From assembly GCA_964270895.1 (NCBI GenBank), contig OZ185440.1: a stretch of 64,000 nucleotides of DNA; one strand, given 5' to 3'. Origin of the DNA: Podarcis filfolensis (lineage: Eukaryota). Under the pieces are notes generated by a model, which did no database searches, was not told the DNA's origin, and was given only the letters and a program-made list of their open reading frames with translations. The first letter of the stretch is position 1, and each line of letters opens with the position of its first letter. Both the position numbers and the translations under genes were made by a program. Positions 56,989 through 64,000 of this stretch are shown here, piece by piece.

Positions 56989-59900
56989 TTTTCACGACAC
57001 CTAGAAAAAGGAAAAAGTTCCTTTAGTCAAGCATGTACTAATCCAGACTAGTTCAAAAATTAAGAGCTTGATGATTCTGATGGTGACAAAAGTTGCATCA
57101 GTCCACACTTCCAAATGATTCATAGATTTATATTCTGAACATTCTTGAAACTCTAGGTCAGTTTTGACATAACACTGCTAAAGTGAATGAACCAAGCTTC
57201 TTCGTACTTTTTACACCCTTTCTTCTTCCTCTAGTGCAAATGAAAGGTACCAGTGTCCACAAGCGTTCATTTCCATTTTTGATTAACATTAGCTTTTGTT
57301 TTACCAAACTCTGGACCAACTGTGATTAATTTTAACTATGGCTAATGGAAACAAGCCAACCTTAAACCATAGCAGGCTGGCTTTCATCAACTATAGATAA
57401 GATTTACCAGAGCTTAGGGTTCAAACATGCTAAACTGTAGTTCAGCTAAAATTCCAAGTGATAATTTATAATCTCCTAGGTGTAGCTATGCTGGAGGAGA
57501 GGGAAGTGTGTGAGCTCAAAGAGAGGCTAGGCTTAATCCTGTAACACTAAAGCACGGCTTCAGCATTATGCCTGCAAAAAGTCACCGTCTCTGGAAGCAT
57601 GTACACATTCAGCCAAACACAAAACTACGCAGTTTTCCTATTATCCAGAGAAAAAGTAAACCCGGTTCCCATGTTTGTAAATTACTTTTGTAAATACCTA
57701 CCCAACATACATAAACAGAAGCATATTTGCTAATAAAACATACTAAAATATCCCTTCTCCAAATAGCCATAATACGTTTTATTACTCCAGTAATACCTGT
57801 GTAATTAAAATAATAATTTGCTGAAAACCCCTCACCAAGTCATTTGACTTTCAAAATCAACAAACTATTATAATTCTCTGTTGGCTTTCTGACTAACAGA
57901 GGTAAAGATTTCTTAAAATAAATGTGATATTCAGCTCAGGTTACAGTTTCTCTCTCTCAATTTCTCTATCATGGAGAGCCCAGACTTTGTCAATGGGCAA
58001 GAACACAGATGCTGCAGGCTCCAAGCAACTGCTGAAAGCAAAACAAGCAAGAGCATTTCATACTCTTGTTAAACCAGATATGCACTAACATCAAACTTTT
58101 GGAACCAATTCAATTATCAATTCAATGTAACAAATAACAATAATCTAGAAATTCCAATTGTTTAACCACATTTTGAAAAATGAACTCTTGAAAATGCATA
58201 TATGCATATACCCTCCCATAAAACTGTCCCTGGAATGCTCTAACATTTTTGGTTGAGCATTTTGTTACTGTAAATGCTGTTTGCTCAAGGTTAAAAGTTG
58301 ACTGATGGAAAACATTTCCCTAAAATCAACAGTGGATACAGCTATGCAGAATTATAAAAGGGAAGCCATTTTGTGTTGTTGCCTTACCTCCAGGGTGTGG
58401 GAGAAACATCCCTGTGGTGAAAAAAAGCTCAATAGAGCTTCAGATTAGAAGTTCCTCCCGAATCTGATGATTTCCCATCACCTGAAATCTGCCATGAATC
58501 ATTGACTCCTTGGGTCAAAAATTCGAAACAGATTAGTTAAACTATCCCAGAAAATATTTCGTATGGAATCAGCTGTTGCAGATTCCCCAATTGCAAGGTA
58601 TCAGCAATCCTGAGCTTGTTATAATAAGGATTATGGGTAGATCTACTCTCTGAAGAATGGAGAAAAGACCCTCTTAAGAACATTAGAGGGTGGGCAGGGG
58701 AAGGACTAGACCATGTGAAAAATGAACATAATATTTTAGCTGCAGTTCATTTTCAGCTTTGTATTCTTGTTATTAAAAAAGTGTGATTCAACATTTTGTA
58801 GCTGCACTCATAACCTAGGTTTAACGTGGCATTTAGCTCCAAGCTTTCATATCTCAATTTCTAACACTGAACTTTTTTTATGACTGCTTTTATACAGCAC
58901 AGTAATATTGTTTTAGGGGTTTCAAAGAGTGTTGAAAGCAACATAATAATTGCACTCACGTAATTACTCCCACTTGTGCAACAAAACTGCTCCCTCTCCT
59001 GTTCACACATGCAGACCCCCAAATCTCCTTCAGAAGGTGGGGGGGAAGCATTAGAAACTCAGAAATGTAAACTAATCACCAAATGCCATCTTAAACCTGG
59101 GTTATGGTCGCCACATAGGAATGTCTAGGTACCTTTTTTCCTGCAGTGAATTTTATTATTTTTGTTACTTTTTGTTCATTTCCCTTCTGTACTGCTTTAT
59201 ATTTTAAAGAAAAAAATCTCAAAGTGGTTTACAGCACATGAAAACATCAAATAAAATAGTTCAGAATAAAACAACTGAAGCTTCAAGGAAAGTATTTCAG
59301 ATGCTTCCCTAAGGGATATTTTGCTTTCCCCATATTTATTTACCTACTTAATTTATATAGCTGCCCCAAAGCAGAAGCACTCCAGGAAGCCAGTGTTGTG
59401 TACTTGTTAGAGTGTTGGACTAGGATCCGGGAAATGAGGGTTCAAATCCCCATTCGTCATGAAGCTCACTAGGTGACCTTGGGCAAATCACAGCCTCTTA
59501 ACCTACCTTACAGGGTTGTTGTAAGGATTAACTGAAGAGGGGTGAACCATGTACTCCTTGGAGAAAAGGGTGAGATATAAATGCAAAAAGCTCTTCTGCA
59601 TACCTAGTAAAGAAAGCTGGAGGGGCCAGCCAGATGGAGATGTCAGTTGCCAGCCTGGCATCCAGAGATCTCCATATGGTCACAATTGGACCCATGCCAG
59701 TCGCAAAACGTGCCAGGGGTATTTCAAACACTGTTGGGGAGCCCTCAGAGCAAATCTGAAGGGCATGTGAGAAAGAAAGGGAGAGGAAGTTCCACTGCTT
59801 AAGTGTGAGAGTTCAGAGAATACAACACTGTGTTGATAACTAGTGAAGTTAAAGATAGTGGAGAGTACTAACTAATGTGTACAGTGATGTTAGTGCAAGC

Positions 59901-61699
59901 TTATCTGCTTTGCATTACTTCTGATTTCCAACAGGTATGTATTTTGCTTAGCATGTGTCGAGTTGGATGCATTTGGGAAAAGTGTCTTTCAAGTTTGCAT
60001 TTATTAAAGATGTGCCAGTAAGTAAAATGGTAATGCCATGCCAGAAATACCCAATGTAGAACAAATAACATAAATTTTAAGATACTGTACACCAATTTCT
60101 TCTCTGTAAAGCAAACTCAGAAACATGAGAAAATCCCCAGAAGCAAAAAACATGCTGGCACAAGGGAAATTATTGTACGCAAAAAACAGGTTTGGCCAAA
60201 ATTTAATCTATCCCAGTTTAAATTTGAAAAATGCACGAAACTCAAAAACCTAACTCTGACCGATCTTTTACTATAATTTAACAAAGCCAAACCACAAACT
60301 AAATTATTAGACAAACCTGAAATAGTGGAGGCAGGTAACTAAGATGAGGCTGAAAATACCTGGTGAAATCTTAATTAAGCCAAGAACTTACATTCTCTCT
60401 CTGCCTCCCATTACATTAACACCAATACAGTGCAGGAATAATACTGCCCAAAGGTTAGGCAAAGTTAATGATTGCTAGTGAGTATAGCTCATTGTTCAAA
60501 CATAGCTGTTCTTGGGGACCCTTTTGGAAGACTGAAATATGATATAAAATAATTTAAATTTGCTAAAGAGATTTTGGATAGCCACAAGATGCAAAATATT
60601 ACTGTCCGATTGTACAAGTTGGACATACAGGCATCCATATTAACTTAGGGCAGGTATGCCAAAATAAGTTGTATAATTAAGGGTTAAGAAACTGATTACA
60701 CAAGTAATTCAAGATATTCAACTTTTAAAGAACGCTGCAATTTTCTAGCATTTCACATTTTTATTGAGACACATTTTGACATTGTCTAAAATTTGCTACA
60801 TTAAGCATAACTTTTTCAAAACAAATAATCCTATTGAAAATGGAAACATAACATAAGCTTGTTAAAGTCAACGGTTTCAGTCCCTTAAAACTGAATCCAA
60901 GACCCTCTATCAAAAAACCAGTCAAATGTCTGTTTTCTTTCTTTGTAGAAGAGTGAACGATGATGTCAAGCATTATAAACGTGTCACAATAATGACTTTA
61001 CATGCTTATGGAAAATTATGAGTAAGTGTGGCTATCCTAACAATAGCATAGCTATTTACTTTTCACTGAACATTAGAAACAATCTGCTTCATCCCTTGCT
61101 TGTGTGAAGTGTGGACTTTCAGACCAGAATCCAAATAACTGCTCAAGCCCAATGCAATGGGCTTGTACCAGTGCAGGGGCATGCCTATGGAGAATATATG
61201 TTAATCATTCTCAAATAAGTCTCATTATTTCAGTGGGTCTACTCTGAGTAGACCAATGTTAAGGAAGTGTTGGCATATGAATTTTCAGATGTGGTTTGAA
61301 GAGGCATAAACTACATAACAAAAAAATTGAATTATGATCTTATTCAATATAAAGGTTCTGTTTGGTTGCCAACTGATGGTTTAATAATTTAAGAATGATA
61401 AAATGGAAAACTTTACTTAAAATGAATCCATTTATCCTAATAGGATTCTAACTCTTAAACTTACAGGCTTTTCATGCTTTTGTAATTAAACAAACTACAA
61501 ACTCTGCAGAAAAGGGGGAGTTCATTCCTCCTCCCAATATGCCTGGGGAGGGGGGGGGAATACAAAGAAAACAAGTTTTCCTACTCTCCTTCCAGCATGT
61601 ATTACGTCGGCTTTTTATTAACTGCCCTTATTAGCTCATTGCATCAACCTTTCGTAAACACACAACACAAAGTTTTATGGCGCTTGGCACGAAAACATA

Positions 61700-62630
61700 T
61701 GAACTAAAACGTGGCTAGAAATCTTGTGTTTTGGAAAGTGGTCCGATCACCCTGAAGTAAAGTCGATCGGGTCCATGAAAACCGACGTGTTAAGACTACA
61801 AGCCAATTCCTTATAACCAAGTCCCAGTCGACTTCCCCTTCCTACCCTCCCCCCACCCCGCAGCCACTGGCAACTCGTTGCGAAACAGAGGCGAATACCG
61901 TGCCTCAGAAAACCGAACACCGAGTCTGTCGGGCCGGGCTCGCACGCTTCCAGGGGGAAAGGGAACGAGACGGGCCCGCCACCTAGAAGGCCCAACGCAA
62001 AAGCAGGGCCTCCTCCGGGCCTTACGGAAAGCGCGCGGCCCCTCGAGTCGCCCCTCAAAAAGGAGGCCTTCAAAGAGACGGAGGCAGTTACCTGCGCTGC
62101 TGGGGGTCCCGCTTCTAGCTCAGGTGTCTGTGAGGAGGGCGGCTGCTGCAACTACCTCAGGCTCCGGATGTTTCGGGCGGTGGGGAAGTAGGCCCCCCAA
62201 CGGCAAAATTGCCCCGTCAACGACGGGAAAGAGAGATGGGGAAAATCTAGGCCTCAAAATATATTTTACGGATAAGGCCAAAGCCGAGGAAGTTCCACAA
62301 CGAGGAGATTCGGACTCGGCTCTAGCAGAAACGACTGCTCCCTGAAATGGCGCCCGCCGCGTCCTGCTGCTTGGAGGAGGGTCCGTGCTGGAGATATGGG
62401 GACACCCAGCGCTCTCCGCACGGGCTCTCGCGAGATCTCGGCACAAGAGGGCTGGATGCTGTGCAAATGGCGGGTGTCCGCCAAGCACATCTCGCGAGGA
62501 AAGGCGTCTCGCACAAACGCGCCTAGTAACTCGCGAGAGTAACGTGTTGTTTGTGTAGCCTCATTCAGAACCACCGTCTCCCTCAGGGGCCTAAGACTCT
62601 CGCGAGAACAGAAGGCTCTGCGAGCGTCAC
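61700..62630 (-). promoter_or_regulatory. RBM39: CpG island, promoter and non-coding exon 1 of RBM39 (donor GCGCAG|GTAACT at 62092/62091)
   Basis: GC/CpG-rich. YY1-type GCGCCATTTCAGGGAGC on the minus strand near 62336-62353, matching my recollection of the human RBM39 5' UTR. Four TCTCGCGAGA-like elements at 62426, 62490, 62529 and 62598. Confidence 0.88.
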
Positions 62631-63121
62631 AATAAAAGGTTCAAAGGTTAAGTGCTGAGCCTATGGGTCAAAAAATAATCTCATTCCAGGCATAATTCTT
62701 TTGCAGTGCAATTCTAGGCATGTTTATTCAGAAGTAAGTATCAGTGAGTTCAATGGGGCTTACGCCCAGGTAAGTGGGCATATTATCGTAAGCTCAATAA
62801 TTTAACTGCAAATTTAATTTTCCCTGACATTTCATTATACGTATGGGCTGCTAGTACCTTTGAAAGAGACCTATACTGATTAAGAACTATATTTACATAT
62901 CAGGATTAAGTCCTTGAAGTCCAACATGTTATTACTTATTTGGACAGTGAAATGCAATATAATTATGAAAGTACACATACTTATATACTATAAATATTAT
63001 AAGTTAAATGTGATAATGTTCATGCTGAGCTAAAGGTAAAGTTATAATAGCATTTTAAAAAGGGAATGTTTTGGTAGGCCATGTTGGCAACTCCCATAAA
63101 AGTGCCTTGTTCATTTGGTTT

Positions 63122-63700
63122 GTGCTGTAGCCTTATGAGGCTTTGCCATCGGGTGGGAAAAATATTGCGCCTGGGAAAGGGAAGTGGGAGTCAACAGACA
63201 CTCAAGGAACAGTTTCGGAGAAAAGGCTTTTATTTCTACCATCCATGAACTGGTAGAAGGAGCAAGTGTGATAAGTCACAAAAAGCATGCACGAGTTCAC
63301 AATCATGTGCACAAGCATATATACCCCTTCCAGATCCCTCCTCCTCCTTCCAGAGTCCTGCCCCATGAGTTCCTCTGAGCATGAACAGAAAGCTGTCTTG
63401 GGACTCTTGGTGCCCTTCCCAGGAAAGGGGGGGAATTTCAGAGTGTTCAGATATATTTCAATCTCTTGTTCTGGCATGGTTCCTGGACAGAAAGCAAGTT
63501 GCAATGTGGTTCTTTAGCAAGGCCAGAAGGCATGAGAAAGGCCTGAGAAACAATGGACTGTTCTCTACCTTTGTTACAGCAGAGCGGAATGTTTCTGATG
63601 CTTCGCTGCTGAGAAAATGATTTGAGCCTGCTTTGGTGGGGGGTGACTTCAGGCCTAGGTGTCTTCACCTTCCTTCAGTGCAATCAATATCATCCAATAA
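63122..63700 (-). mobile_element. Possible solo LTR
   Basis: Minus strand has GGGGTATATA (63323-63318), then AATAAA (63234-63229) about 90 nt later, then a U5-like GAGTGTCTGTTG tract. No TSD found; boundaries approximate. Confidence 0.35.
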
Positions 63701-64000
63701 ATCCCATGTTTACTTGACTTGTGTATATTATCTTCTGTTTAAAGAGGAGTTAATCTGCTAGTAGCACTTGATAAATCTTTTTTACAGCAGACCACGTATA
63801 ATGATTATATTTTTTTTTTTTATAATATATTTATTGAAGTTTTCAAATAAAGCATATATTAGATAAGCACCACTTATCATTGTCCATTTAACATCTCTCA
63901 ATTGTTACATGGGACTCCCCCACACCTCCCGCATACACTTACATCATTATTAAATTAATTTCAAACAAATTATCATTTAACTCATCTTAATTAATAATCT

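Noticed and set aside
57408-58031. Additional AG/GT pairs in RBM39 intron 1 (57490-57408, 58031-57836)
   Set aside because: Plausible splice sites, but pairs like these are expected by chance in 5 kb and I have no independent support.
58464-58487. CTGATGA...GAAA resembling a second hammerhead core
   Set aside because: Helix II cannot close (T/T at 10.1/11.1) and there is no helix I/III.
62630-64000. Start of PHF20, expected next by synteny
   Set aside because: No PHF20 exon or second CpG island is visible in the window.
1-64000. CRISPR arrays, rRNA, snRNA or box C/D snoRNA genes
   Set aside because: None recognisable. The sequence is eukaryotic and the periodic repeats are microsatellites or MITE subterminal repeats.

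Overview
Vertebrate genomic DNA, most likely a lacertid lizard (inferred from Sauria-type and Squam3-like SINEs, BovB LINE and squamate MITEs). It covers the conserved RBM12/CPNE1 - NFS1 - ROMO1 - RBM39 block. The window holds the 5' part of the single coding exon of RBM12 (minus; start codon hidden in an N-run), the complete 13-exon NFS1 CDS (minus, 441 aa, one GC-AG intron), the complete ROMO1 CDS (plus, 79 aa, head-to-head with NFS1) and the complete 16-coding-exon RBM39 CDS (minus, 522 aa, tail-to-tail with ROMO1). There are three CpG-island promoters, and the introns are full of SINEs, LINE fragments and Tc1/mariner and hAT MITEs. Main second-look items: (1) an intact Penelope-type minimal hammerhead ribozyme in RBM39 sense orientation in the RBM39/ROMO1 convergence zone; (2) a stack of candidate poison exons and a uORF-creating microexon in RBM39 introns 1-4; (3) a ~175-nt multi-hairpin element in ROMO1 intron 2; (4) a perfect 94-bp inverted repeat just upstream of the RBM12/CPNE1 promoter; (5) two N-runs that fall on what should be highly conserved sequence. 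All coordinates were derived by hand. Comparisons with human genes are from memory, and no database search was run.
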